Shown one piece after another: positions 1-9,656 of a stretch of DNA of 64,000 nt. The number at the start of each line of letters is the position of its first letter. The stretch's first letter is position 1. This DNA comes from Thermoanaerobaculia bacterium. GTDB taxonomy: Bacteria > Acidobacteriota > Thermoanaerobaculia > UBA5066. A program made the position numbers and the translations under genes. A model generated the notes under the pieces. The model had not been told where the DNA came from. It saw only the letters and a program-made list of their open reading frames with translations, and ran no database searches. The stretch is taken from assembly GCA_963719225.1 (NCBI GenBank), contig CAVRAY010000001.1, positions 192,001-256,000 of the forward strand, given 5' to 3'.

Positions 1-2
1 GC

Positions 3-1553
3 AAGTGGGCGGGCGCGGACAAGGGCTCGGCGGGTACGACCGCGGCGAAGGTCGGCAGCGGCGTCTCGTCCGACGACTTCAACGCGCTCCGCAACGCTCC
101 GCCCGACCCCGAGCGCGGAAAAGGCGCGGCGGGCGTGTCGGGCGCGGCCCTCGCCGGGTCCGGACGGCTCAGCCGGCCGCTCGTCGTGGCGATCAACACG
201 TGGGCCGGGCACGCGCCGGGCATCGTGGCCGCGAACGGCATGTCGAGCGGCCCGAATTCCCGCTACAAGCAGACCTACGCCCTGGACGTTAGGTTCGTCC
301 TCCTCGAGGACCCGGCCGCCAAGCTCGCGGCATTCCGCAAGGGCGACGTGGACGTCATGTGGAATACCGTGGACAACTGGGCCCGCGAGGCCTCGATCCT
401 CGCCGAGCAGAACCAGAAGGCGAAGTCCGTTCTGATGCAGGACTGGTCGCGCGGGGGTGACGGCATCGTGTCGCTTTCGACGATCAAGTCCATCGAGGAG
501 CTCAAGGGCCACAAGATCTCGTGCACGCAGTTCACGCCCTCGCACTTCCTGCTCCTCTATCTCCTCGCGCAGTCGGGCCTCTCCTCCGACGATCGCGCGG
601 CCCTCGAGAAGAACATCATCTTCACGCAGGACGCGCCGGCGGCCGCCGCCATGTTCAAGGCGAAGCAGGTGGACGCCGCCGTGACGTGGGAGCCCGATCT
701 TTCCTCGGCGGTGACGGCGCGGGGCGACGAGGCGCACGTGCTCGTCTCCACGACGGCGGCCACGAACATCATCGCCGACACGCTCTGCGCGCGGCAGGAT
801 CTCATCGACAAGGCTCCCGACACGCTGCGCGACTTCATCCACGGCTGGTTCGACGGCATCGAGATGATCAAATCCGACCCGAACGCGGCGTATGCCGTCG
901 TCGCCAAGGCGCTGAAGCTCGACGCGGACACCGTGTCGGGGATGCTCTCCGGCCTGAAGCTCACGCCCTATGCCGACAACGCGCAGTTCTACGGCCTCGC
1001 GGGCGGGAAGGCGCACTACGAGACGCTCTTCGACACGGCTTTCGTCATCTGGCGGAAGAAGGGACTCGTGACGAGGCCGGTCGAGGCGAAGGACTGGGCC
1101 GACACACGCTTCTTGTCGGCGCTCGCGGCGAACTACCCGCAACAGAAGGTCGAGGAGCCGAAAATCGCCGCGAAGGCGCCCTCGTCGAAGGACCGCGCCA
1201 TCCTCAACAAGCAGATCCAGATCCACTTCACGCCGGGCTCGGACGAGATCATGCCGGGCTCCAACTTCGTCCTCGACGCTCTCGGCGAGACGATGACGTC
1301 GTTCGGGAACACGTACCTGCGCGTGGAAGGGAACACCGACGCCACGGGCAGCCCGACCTCGAACATGACGCTCTCCGAGCGGCGCGCCCTCGCGGTGAAG
1401 AACTACGTCCTGAAGAACTTCCCGAACATCCCGCCGCAGCGCTTCCAGACGATCGGGCGCGGCTCGACGCAGCCCGTGGCCCCGAACACGACGGAGGCGG
1501 GACGGCAGCTCAACCGGCGCACGGACATCAAGGTCGTGCTCGCGAGTGAGTGA
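3..1553 (+). CDS. ABC transporter substrate-binding protein (NMT1/SsuA-like) fused to C-terminal OmpA-like peptidoglycan-binding domain; 5' truncated by window edge
   Basis: Frame open from position 3. SsuA/TauA-like motifs (DWSRGGDGIV, DAAVTWEP). C-terminal OmpA motifs (VEGNTD, NMTLSERRALAV, GRG..QP, NRR). Confidence 0.85.
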   Translation, partial: KWAGADKGSAGTTAAKVGSGVSSDDFNALRNAPPDPERGKGAAGVSGAALAGSGRLSRPLVVAINTWAGHAPGIVAANGMSSGPNSRYKQTYALDVRFVLLEDPAAKLAAFRKGDVDVMWNTVDNWAREASILAEQNQKAKSVLMQDWSRGGDGIVSLSTIKSIEELKGHKISCTQFTPSHFLLLYLLAQSGLSSDDRAALEKNIIFTQDAPAAAAMFKAKQVDAAVTWEPDLSSAVTARGDEAHVLVSTTAATNIIADTLCARQDLIDKAPDTLRDFIHGWFDGIEMIKSDPNAAYAVVAKALKLDADTVSGMLSGLKLTPYADNAQFYGLAGGKAHYETLFDTAFVIWRKKGLVTRPVEAKDWADTRFLSALAANYPQQKVEEPKIAAKAPSSKDRAILNKQIQIHFTPGSDEIMPGSNFVLDALGETMTSFGNTYLRVEGNTDATGSPTSNMTLSERRALAVKNYVLKNFPNIPPQRFQTIGRGSTQPVAPNTTEAGRQLNRRTDIKVVLASE

Positions 1554-2358
1554 AAAGAAGAGGAAGAGAAGCGAGCTCTTCCAGCTTCGCACCGCGCTGC
1601 CGCGCTCGACGGCGTTCGTTCTCGGGCTCGTCGCGCCGACGCTCGTCCTCGGGGCATGGTGCGCGGCCTCCTACGGGGGCCTCGCGCCGCCCGACTTCCT
1701 GCCTTCTCCGACGGAGGTGGTGAAAGGCACGCTGCAGCTCTTCCTGCAGTACGACCTCGGGGAGGCCATCCTCGTCTCCACGCGCCGCATCCTCCTGGCG
1801 TTCTTCCTGGCCTCGGCGCTGGCGTTGCCGCTCGGCATCCTGATGGGCGCCTTCGAGCCCGTGAACCGGTTTTTCGAACCCGTCGTGGCGCCGCTGAGGT
1901 ACATGCCGATCTCGGCTTTCATCCCGCTCCTGATCCTCTGGTTCGGGATCTACGAGAAGCAGAAAGTCGCGTTCCTGTTCCTCGGGGTCTTCGTCTATCT
2001 CCTGCCGGTCGTCGTGACGGCCATCCGCGCCGTCCCGGACGAGCTCGTGCAGACCGCTCTCACGCTGGGCGCTTCGCGCGTTCAGGTCGTGCGCACGGTG
2101 CTCCTGCCGTCCGCTCTTCCCGAGATCTTCGACTCCTTTCGCGTCATGAACGCCATCTCCTGGACGTACGTCATCCTCGCCGAGGCCGTGAACCCCGAGC
2201 ACGGGTTGGGCTACATGGTGGAGCTCGCGCGCACGCACCAGAAAGCCTCGTGGTCTTTCGCGGGGCTCCTCGTCATCGGCGGCATCGGGCTTCTGACGGA
2301 CTTCATCATCCGCACCGTCTCGAGGATCCTCTTCCGGTGGCGGGAGGTCGCGGCGTGA
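1546..2358 (+). CDS. ABC transporter permease (SsuC/TauC-like)
   Basis: Multiple TM helices, LPSP motif, EAA-loop-like ELVQTALTLGAS; overlaps upstream stop. Confidence 0.9.
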   Translation: MSEKKRKRSELFQLRTALPRSTAFVLGLVAPTLVLGAWCAASYGGLAPPDFLPSPTEVVKGTLQLFLQYDLGEAILVSTRRILLAFFLASALALPLGILMGAFEPVNRFFEPVVAPLRYMPISAFIPLLILWFGIYEKQKVAFLFLGVFVYLLPVVVTAIRAVPDELVQTALTLGASRVQVVRTVLLPSALPEIFDSFRVMNAISWTYVILAEAVNPEHGLGYMVELARTHQKASWSFAGLLVIGGIGLLTDFIIRTVSRILFRWREVAA

Positions 2359-3251
2359 GAGAGGACGACGCGCCGAAGGCGGCGCCCCAGGCGGGCGAGC
2401 CGGGCACCGTCGCCGTCGACGTCGGCCCCGCGGGGGAAAAGAAACCCAGCTACCGCGCCGACCTGAAAGGCGCCGCGCCGAAGCTGCGCGTGAAGGACCT
2501 CTCCGTCACGTACATCAATCGCGACGGCGACGGCACCGAGGCCGTGCGGGATATCTCGTTCGACGTGGAGGACAAGCCCGGGGTGGGCGAGGTGGTCGTG
2601 TTCCTCGGACCCTCGGGCTGCGGCAAGTCCACGATCCTGAAGGCCGTCGCGGGGCTCCTCCCGCCGACGAAAGGGGAGATCCTCGTGGATGGAAGTCCGG
2701 TGGACGGCGTGGGAAAAGACCGCGGCATGGTCTTCCAGGCCTACACGTCGTTCGGGTGGCTGACCGTCCGCGATAACGTGGAGTACGGACTGAAGCTGCA
2801 GGGGCTGTCGGCCGCCGAGCGCCGGGAGAGGTCCGAGAAATATCTCAAGGCCGTGGGCCTCTCGGACTTCGCCGGCCGGTATCCGAAGGACCTTTCGGGA
2901 GGCATGAAACAGCGCGTGGCCATTGCGCGCACGCTCATCAACCGGCCGCGTGTGATCCTGATGGACGAGCCGTTCGGAGCGCTCGACCCGCAGACGCGTT
3001 GGGGGATGCAAGGCCTCCTCCTCGATGTCTCGCGCGCCGAGGACCCGACGATCCTCTTCGTGACGCACGACGTCTCCGAGGCCGTCTACCTCGCGGATAC
3101 CGTGTACATCCTCTCCTCGCGTCCCGCGCGCGTCCTGCACCGCGTGGACGTGCCGTATTTCCCGGTCCGGAACATCGACCTGAAATCGGCGCCCGAGTTC
3201 CGGGCGGTGGAGAAAAAGCTGCTCGACCTCCTGTATACGCAGGCGCCCTAG
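2355..3251 (+). CDS. ABC transporter ATP-binding protein (SsuB/TauB-like)
   Basis: GTG overlapping permease stop (GTGA). Walker A GPSGCGKST, signature LSGGMKQR, Walker B ILMDEPF, H-loop VTHD. Confidence 0.92.
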   Translation: MREDDAPKAAPQAGEPGTVAVDVGPAGEKKPSYRADLKGAAPKLRVKDLSVTYINRDGDGTEAVRDISFDVEDKPGVGEVVVFLGPSGCGKSTILKAVAGLLPPTKGEILVDGSPVDGVGKDRGMVFQAYTSFGWLTVRDNVEYGLKLQGLSAAERRERSEKYLKAVGLSDFAGRYPKDLSGGMKQRVAIARTLINRPRVILMDEPFGALDPQTRWGMQGLLLDVSRAEDPTILFVTHDVSEAVYLADTVYILSSRPARVLHRVDVPYFPVRNIDLKSAPEFRAVEKKLLDLLYTQAP

Positions 3252-3272
3252 GGCGCATCATTGCGTCGACCC

Positions 3273-4184
3273 ATGGGAACCGTCGAGACGCCGAAAACGC
3301 CCATGAAGACCGCGCCGAAGACGGCGCCGGCCGCCGCCCCCACGGTTCGGGACGGCATCAGCGACGCGGCGCGCCAGATCGCTCGCGGAACGGTCCTCGA
3401 CAGGAACCCGTACCTGAAAATGGCCTTCACGAACCCCTACAACCTGTCGCTCTTCGCCGGAGCGCTCGCGGCCGCGGGAATCACGCTGAACCCGATCCTC
3501 GCGGTCGTGGCGCTGGGCCTCGAAGGTCTCTGGCTCCTCCACGCGCCGGACAGCAAGCGGCTCAAGCATCTGCTCTGGGACCCGAGATTCGAGAAGCTCC
3601 GGAGCGCTCTCCAGGCGCAGGAGCGCGCGGCGCGCCTCGGGAACGTCGGAGAGGAGGAGCGCGGGCGCGTGGACACGCTCGTGGCGCGGCAGGAGGAGAT
3701 CCGCCGCCTCGCGGCGCAGAACCCGTCCTTCACGGGCGACCTCCTGAGGGGCGAGCTCGTGAAGACGGATCGCCTCGTGGACGCGTTCGTGGAGATGGCC
3801 GTGACGTGCGCGCGTTACGAGTCCTACCTCGGATCGATCGACACCGACGCCCTGGAAAAGGACCGGCGACGGTACGAGCAGGCGTCCAAGGGCGGTGAGC
3901 CCGCCGACCCGCGGACCACGATCGCGAAGAAGAACCTCTCGATCGTCTCGCGCCGCCTCGAGAAGGTGCAGGAAATCCGAAGCTACCTGAGCGTCGCCCG
4001 CGGCCAGCTCGACCTCATCGAAAACTCGTTCCAGCTCATCGCGGACCAGATCGTCACGATGCAGTCGCCGCAGGAGCTCTCGGGCCAGCTCGACGAGCTC
4101 CTGGACGGCGTGGAAGCCATCCGCCAGACGGCGCAGGACACCGAAAAGATCCTGAGCGGCATCGGCATCGAGCGGGAGATGTGA
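3273..4184 (+). CDS. Membrane-anchored (2 TM) coiled-coil protein, possibly divergent PspA/Snf7(ESCRT-III)-like
   Basis: Hydrophobic hairpin near the N-terminus followed by long amphipathic helices; 1 nt from the AAA ATPase gene. Family call is inference. Confidence 0.55.
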   Translation: MGTVETPKTPMKTAPKTAPAAAPTVRDGISDAARQIARGTVLDRNPYLKMAFTNPYNLSLFAGALAAAGITLNPILAVVALGLEGLWLLHAPDSKRLKHLLWDPRFEKLRSALQAQERAARLGNVGEEERGRVDTLVARQEEIRRLAAQNPSFTGDLLRGELVKTDRLVDAFVEMAVTCARYESYLGSIDTDALEKDRRRYEQASKGGEPADPRTTIAKKNLSIVSRRLEKVQEIRSYLSVARGQLDLIENSFQLIADQIVTMQSPQELSGQLDELLDGVEAIRQTAQDTEKILSGIGIEREM

Positions 4185-4185
4185 C

Positions 4186-5919
4186 GTGCCTGACTCTAAG
4201 GTGTCCAAGACCGTTCTCCCCGAGGCCCGCGTTCTTCCTGCCTGGGCCGAGGATCTCCGCCGCCGGTACCTGAGGAACGAGGCCTCGATGTTCGTCCTGC
4301 ACGGAAACGTGTACGACGTCGTCCTCTTCGGCGGGAAGATGCTCTCGCTGTCGGACTTCCTCACGGGCGTCCTCCTGAAAGACTCGAAGGAAACGGTGCT
4401 CCTCTACAACGTGGCGACGGGAATCCGTTTCACGAAGAAGGGTCCTTTTGCGGAAGCGCTCGACGACCTTTCCACGGTCACGCAGAAGGACCGCGTCCTG
4501 CCGGCGCTGGAAAGGCTCCTCTCGGCGTCCAACAAGACCGCCGTCGTCCTCGAATATGCCGAGGCCCTCGCGCCCACGGGCGATCCCGCGTTTCAGGGCG
4601 ACTCCGACCGCGCGGCGCTCGTGACGCTCCACCGCTGGTCGTTCCTGCCCGAGATCGAGAAGGGCGACAACGTCGTCCTCCTCGTGGCCGAGAACCTGAT
4701 GGACCTTTCGCCGAAGCTCCTCTCGAACCCGAAGGTGGCGGTCGTCGAGGTCCCGATGCCGGACCGGGCCACGCGCCGGGCGGCGGCGAAGCAGGCGGAC
4801 CCGGACCTTCCCGACCGGGACGCGGACAGGTACTCAGACGCCACGGCCGGGCTGAAGTCGATCCAGATCGCGACGCTCATCACGCCCGCCATGAGCGACG
4901 CGGCGCGGGCGGAGGCGGACAAGCTCATCGCGGAGAGAAAACGCGAGATCCTCGAGCGCGAGTGCTTCGGCCTCGTCGAGTTCCTCTCGCCCGAGCACGG
5001 TTTCGAGGTCGTCGGCGGCATGGACGAGGTCAAGAAGGACCTTTTGCTCATCGCCGAGAACATCCGCGAGGGGCGGACGAGCCGCGTGCCGATGGGCATC
5101 CTCTTCACCGGTCCGATGGGCACCGGCAAGACGTTCGTGGCGGAGGCTTTCGCGAAGGAGTGCGGCCTGACCACGATCAAGCTGAAGAACTTCCGCAGCA
5201 AGTGGGTGGGGGCCACGGAGGGCAACCTCGAGAAGATCCTGAACGTCATCAAGGCCATCGGCCAGGTCGTCGTGATCATCGACGAAGGCGACCGCGCGTT
5301 CGGGTCCGGAGAAGGGGAGTCGGACGGCGGGACCTCCTCGCGCGTCATCGCGCGCATCAAGGAGTTCATGTCCGACACCTCGAATCGCGGCCGCATCCTC
5401 TTTCTCGTCATGACGAACCGGCCCGACAAGCTGGACGTGGACCTGAAGCGCGCCGGCCGCCTCGACAAGAAGATCCCGTTCCTCTACTCGCAGTCGCCCG
5501 AGGAGGTCGAGAACGTCGCCCGGGCGCAGGTGAAGAAGAATCACATCAATACCCTGGTGGATTTCGCGAAGCTGAGGGACTCGTTCTCCCGGAAGCTCGT
5601 GGGCTACAGCAACGCGGACGTGGAGGCCGTCATCCTGATGGCGAACGACGACGCCGCCCGGGAGGCGGGAGGCGCGGGGACTCCGAACGGGTCCCCGCGA
5701 GAAAGCGGTGACGCGGAGGTGAAGGCGGAGCACCTCATTCGCGCGGCGCGCGACTACTTCCCGAGCCGCGACGTGGAGCTCCTGGAGTACATGGAGCTGC
5801 TGGCGGTCTTCGAGGCCTCCAGCCGCCGCCTTCTCCCGGCGAAATACGCGAACATGACTCCGGAGGAGCTGGACGCGCGCCTCCGCCTTCTTCGGGCGAC
5901 GGTCGGCAACCGACGATAG
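4186..5919 (+). CDS. Classic-clade AAA+ ATPase (Cdc48/Vps4-like) with degenerate N-terminal AAA-like domain
   Basis: Walker A GPMGTGKT, pore loop KWVG, Walker [24 protein letters not shown]; N-terminal VLHGNVYD region lacks a P-loop Lys. Confidence 0.88.
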   Translation: MPDSKVSKTVLPEARVLPAWAEDLRRRYLRNEASMFVLHGNVYDVVLFGGKMLSLSDFLTGVLLKDSKETVLLYNVATGIRFTKKGPFAEALDDLSTVTQKDRVLPALERLLSASNKTAVVLEYAEALAPTGDPAFQGDSDRAALVTLHRWSFLPEIEKGDNVVLLVAENLMDLSPKLLSNPKVAVVEVPMPDRATRRAAAKQADPDLPDRDADRYSDATAGLKSIQIATLITPAMSDAARAEADKLIAERKREILERECFGLVEFLSPEHGFEVVGGMDEVKKDLLLIAENIREGRTSRVPMGILFTGPMGTGKTFVAEAFAKECGLTTIKLKNFRSKWVGATEGNLEKILNVIKAIGQVVVIIDEGDRAFGSGEGESDGGTSSRVIARIKEFMSDTSNRGRILFLVMTNRPDKLDVDLKRAGRLDKKIPFLYSQSPEEVENVARAQVKKNHINTLVDFAKLRDSFSRKLVGYSNADVEAVILMANDDAAREAGGAGTPNGSPRESGDAEVKAEHLIRAARDYFPSRDVELLEYMELLAVFEASSRRLLPAKYANMTPEELDARLRLLRATVGNRR

Positions 5920-5935
5920 GGCCGGACCCCGCGCC

Positions 5936-6754
5936 ATGTGCCTGATCGTGCTCGCGTGGAAAGCGTCGCCGTGGACACGCCTCGCGGTCGCCGCCAACCG
6001 CGACGAGTTCTTCGCGCGCCGTACGGCGCCGGCCGCGTGGTGGAGAGACGCGCCGGACGTTCTCGCGGGACGCGATCTCGAGGCGGGCGGAACGTGGCTG
6101 GGGATCACGCGAGAGGGCCGGTTTGCGGCGCTCACGAATTTCCGGGACATGTCGGCTCCGAAGAAGGACGGCGCGCCCTCGCGCGGGGCGCTCGCCGCCG
6201 ATTTCCTGCGCCGCCGCTCGGCGGCGGCGGACTACGTCGTCGCGATCCAGGCCGGGGCCGGCCGTTACCACGGCTTCAACCTTCTCGTCTCGGACGGAGC
6301 CGAGCTCTGGTCCTTCTCGAACGTGGAGGGAGACCCCGAGCGCCTCCGTCCCGGAATCTGGGGTCTTTCGAATCACCTCCTCGAGACGCCCTGGCCCAAG
6401 GTCACGACCGCCCGCCGGCGTCTCGAGGCGGCGCTCGGCGCGGCTGAGGACGCAGAGGACCTCGAGCATCGTCTGCTGGACCTCCTCGCGGACCGGACGG
6501 TTGCGCCGGACGGCGCCCTTCCCGCGACGGGTCTGCCGCCGGAGTGGGAGAGGGCCCTCTCGGCGGCATTCGTCGAGCTCCCCGGCTACGGGACGCGCGC
6601 CTCGACGGTGCTCGTCGTGGGCAGGGATCGCACGGCGTCGTTCAAGGAGAAGAACTTTGGAGCAGGGGGCGCGCCGCTCGGAGACGTGCGCGAGGTGTTC
6701 GCGCTCGGCGCGACGACGGCGCCTCCCGGAGCGACGCATACTCCTGACCAATGA
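5936..6754 (+). CDS. NRDE family (TANGO2-like) protein
   Basis: MCLI N-terminus, AANRDEF, GGTWLG, SRG, YGTR motifs. Confidence 0.92.
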   Translation: MCLIVLAWKASPWTRLAVAANRDEFFARRTAPAAWWRDAPDVLAGRDLEAGGTWLGITREGRFAALTNFRDMSAPKKDGAPSRGALAADFLRRRSAAADYVVAIQAGAGRYHGFNLLVSDGAELWSFSNVEGDPERLRPGIWGLSNHLLETPWPKVTTARRRLEAALGAAEDAEDLEHRLLDLLADRTVAPDGALPATGLPPEWERALSAAFVELPGYGTRASTVLVVGRDRTASFKEKNFGAGGAPLGDVREVFALGATTAPPGATHTPDQ

Positions 6755-7116
6755 GAAGACTCCCGCTCCTCATCGCCTTCCTTTTCCTCGCGCTGCCGCT
6801 GGCCGCGGCGAAGCGGCCCGCCTCCGAACAGGAGAAGATCGACTGGCTCCTCTCTCAGATCGAAAGCTCGGACGCCGTGTTCGTCCGGAACGGCGCCGAG
6901 TACGACGGCCATAAAGCCGCTTCCCACCTGAAAACGAAGCTCTTCTGGGCGGGGAATCAGGTCCAGACGGCGCGCGCCTTCGTCGTGGGCGTCTGCTCGC
7001 ATTCCGAGGCCTCCGGGAAGCCGTACGAGATCCGGCTCAAGGGCGGAGCGCCGCAGCCGCTCGGGAAATGGCTCTTGGAGCGTCTCGAGGCGTTCGAGAA
7101 ACGCCCCGCGCCCTGA
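6751..7116 (+). CDS. Secreted DUF5329/YfeK-like protein
   Basis: Signal peptide; FVRNG.EY...AA.HL..K and S..SGKPY motifs. Confidence 0.75.
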   Translation: MRRLPLLIAFLFLALPLAAAKRPASEQEKIDWLLSQIESSDAVFVRNGAEYDGHKAASHLKTKLFWAGNQVQTARAFVVGVCSHSEASGKPYEIRLKGGAPQPLGKWLLERLEAFEKRPAP

Positions 7117-7136
7117 CGCCGGGTCCCGACGTCGGA

Positions 7137-7508
7137 TCAGGGCCCTGGCTTCTCGGGTTGAATCTCGTTGTAGATCACGGCGACGCCCTTGACGGAGCTT
7201 ACGAGCTTGCCGGCCGCGTCGCGGTCCGCCTCGGTCGCGACCCGCCCCGTCAGCGTGACGATGCCGTTCGCGGGGTCGACCTTCACGTTCGAGACCTTAG
7301 AGAAACGAGCGTCACCGGATAGTTTCGCCTGCAGGGCTCTCTTGATCTCGTCGGTGTCGACTCTCTTCTTGACTTCTTCCTTGCTGGTCGCGGGAGGCTG
7401 CGCCGAGCTGCGTCCGGCGGCTCCGAGAACCGCGACGACCGAGAGCGCCGCGGCGAGTAGGACAGAACGTTTTTTCCTCTTGCCGTTGCAATTCCTGCCG
7501 GTGTCCAT
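7137..7508 (-). CDS. BON domain protein
   Basis: Signal peptide; D.EI...LQAKL, V.V...NGIVTLTGRV, V.GV..IYNEI. Confidence 0.85.
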   Translation of the reverse strand: MDTGRNCNGKRKKRSVLLAAALSVVAVLGAAGRSSAQPPATSKEEVKKRVDTDEIKRALQAKLSGDARFSKVSNVKVDPANGIVTLTGRVATEADRDAAGKLVSSVKGVAVIYNEIQPEKPGP

Positions 7509-7598
7509 GGAAGACCTCTCGTCCCCGAGCTCGCCCGCCCGGGGTCCTCCCAGGTATTCGCAAAAGGCACGCCAGGGTGTCCGTGAAGAGAAGCCCCG

Positions 7599-8720
7599 TC
7601 AGAGCCAGAGGAAGGCCATCGCGACGATCGCGTAGACGACGAGGAGCTGCGCGCCCTCCAGCCAGTTCGACTCGCCGTCGGCGGCGATCTGGCCGGCGAT
7701 GAGGACGGAGACTCCGAGGACCGCGACCTCGAACGGGTTGAAGAAGAGCGTCATCTCCTTCCCGAACACGAGCGACACGAAGACGAGAAGAGGCGCGACG
7801 AAGAGCGCAATCTGCTGGCTCGAGCCGAGCGAGATCGCGAGAGAGAGCTCCATCCGGTTCTTCATGGCCGCCGAGACCGAGACGAGGTGCTCGGCCACGT
7901 TGCCGACGAGCGGAATGAGGACGACGCCGAGGAAGACCTCCGAGACGCCGGTGCGCCTCACGACGGGCTCGATCGCGCCGACGAGGAGCTCGGAGAGGAT
8001 CACCGTCGCGAGAGTCGAACCGACGAGGACGCCCACCGCCTTGCGGACGCTCCACGTGTTCCCCGGCGCGGTTGCTTCCTCGTGGGTCACGCCGACCTCG
8101 GGAGCGATCCCGCGCGAAGGCGTCCCGAGCGAGAAGACGAGCGAGAGGACGTAGACGAGGATCAGGACGGCCGCCACCCCGAGGGAGAGTCGGTCGAGGA
8201 GGGGGTCGGGCGACTCGGAGAGGAGCGGCAGGCGATGCTGAACCTTGTGAACGATCTCGAAGAGCGTCGGAATCAGGAGGCCGATGACGGAGAGCAGCAT
8301 CATCGTCGACGCCGTTCCCGCGGCCCGCGGATCGAAGCGCTGGAGGCCGTTCTTGAGGCCTCCGACGAGGAGCGAGAAGCCGAGGATCAGGAGAAGGTTT
8401 CCGAGGATCGAACCGACGATCGACGCTTTCACGAGCTCGACCTTGCCCGCCTTCAGCGCGACGACCGTGATGATGAGCTCGGCCGCGTTGCCGAGCGTCG
8501 CGTTCAGGAGCCCGCCCACGCGCTCGCCCGTCCGGTGCGCGAGCTGCTCCGTCGCCTCGCCCATCGCGCCCGCGAGCGGGAGAAGGCCGAGGCACGAGAA
8601 GGCGAAGACGAGCGCCGGCGCGTGAAGGAGCCACTCGGCGGCGAGCGCGAGCGGCACGAAGACGAGGAAGAAGCGGAGGATCTTCACCCCGTTGAGGCCG
8701 GCGGACGGCGGTCTCGCCAT
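7599..8720 (-). CDS. cax: Ca2+/H+ antiporter (CaCA/CAX family)
   Basis: Many TM helices; alpha-repeat motifs GNAAE and GNVAEH; GSSQQIALFV; ESNWLEG. Confidence 0.92.
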   Translation of the reverse strand: MARPPSAGLNGVKILRFFLVFVPLALAAEWLLHAPALVFAFSCLGLLPLAGAMGEATEQLAHRTGERVGGLLNATLGNAAELIITVVALKAGKVELVKASIVGSILGNLLLILGFSLLVGGLKNGLQRFDPRAAGTASTMMLLSVIGLLIPTLFEIVHKVQHRLPLLSESPDPLLDRLSLGVAAVLILVYVLSLVFSLGTPSRGIAPEVGVTHEEATAPGNTWSVRKAVGVLVGSTLATVILSELLVGAIEPVVRRTGVSEVFLGVVLIPLVGNVAEHLVSVSAAMKNRMELSLAISLGSSQQIALFVAPLLVFVSLVFGKEMTLFFNPFEVAVLGVSVLIAGQIAADGESNWLEGAQLLVVYAIVAMAFLWL

Positions 8721-8792
8721 TTCGGCGATTCTAACGGCGAGCTCGACCGCGCTCGCGGAGCGGGGGCGGTTCCTCTAGCATCCGAGGCCATC

Positions 8793-9656
8793 ATGGAAAA
8801 AACTGTCGAGGCCCGCCTGATCGCGGTCGTCGGCGCGGGAGCGATGGGGAGCGGCATCGCCCAGGTCGCGGCGACCTCGGGATTCAGGGTTCATCTCTCC
8901 GACGTTTCCGCAGCCGTCCTCGAGAAAGCCCTCCTCTCGATCCGGAAGAGCCTCGCGCGCCTCGTGAAAGCCGGGACGCTGACCGAAGAACGTGCCGCCG
9001 CGGCAATCTCGCGGATCTCGACGATGACGGACCCGGACGAGGCCGTGCGGGATGCCGAGGCCGTCGTCGAGGCCGTGCCGGAGAACCTCGCTCTCAAGAA
9101 GGAGGTCTTCCGCCGCCTCGACGCGGCGGCCCCTGCGGGGGCCCTCCTTCTTTCGAACACCTCCGAGCTCTCGATCGCCGAGATCGCCACCGCCACGAAT
9201 CGGCGGGATCGGGTCGCGGGGATGCACTGGTTCAACCCGCCTCCCCTGATGAAGCTGATCGAGATCGTCCGGGCGGCTGAGACCTCCGACGAGACGGTCG
9301 CGGCCGTCGAGGAGCTCTCCCGCCGGATGGGGAAGGAGACGGTCGTCTGCCGCGACGTCCGCGGCTTCATCACGTCGCGCGCGCTCGCGGCTCACGTCCT
9401 CGAATGTTTCCGGATCGCCGAGGAGGGGATCGCGACACCGAAGGACATCGACACGGCGATCCGTCTCGGCCTCAACTATCCGATGGGCCCGTTCGAGCTC
9501 GCGGATTACGTCGGTCTCGACGTCCTCGCCGCCGCCGCGCGCGGAATGGCCGAAGCGCACGGCGACCGCTTCGCGCCGCCCCGCATCCTCCTCGAGCGCG
9601 TCGAGAAGGGAGACCTCGGACGGAAGACGGGAAAAGGTTTCTACGACCATGAGTGA
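8793..9656 (+). CDS. 3-hydroxyacyl(butyryl)-CoA dehydrogenase
   Basis: Rossmann GAGAMGSGIA, EAVPE...K, SNTS, GMHWFNP, YPMGPFELAD, GRKTGKGFY. Confidence 0.92.
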   Translation: MEKTVEARLIAVVGAGAMGSGIAQVAATSGFRVHLSDVSAAVLEKALLSIRKSLARLVKAGTLTEERAAAAISRISTMTDPDEAVRDAEAVVEAVPENLALKKEVFRRLDAAAPAGALLLSNTSELSIAEIATATNRRDRVAGMHWFNPPPLMKLIEIVRAAETSDETVAAVEELSRRMGKETVVCRDVRGFITSRALAAHVLECFRIAEEGIATPKDIDTAIRLGLNYPMGPFELADYVGLDVLAAAARGMAEAHGDRFAPPRILLERVEKGDLGRKTGKGFYDHE

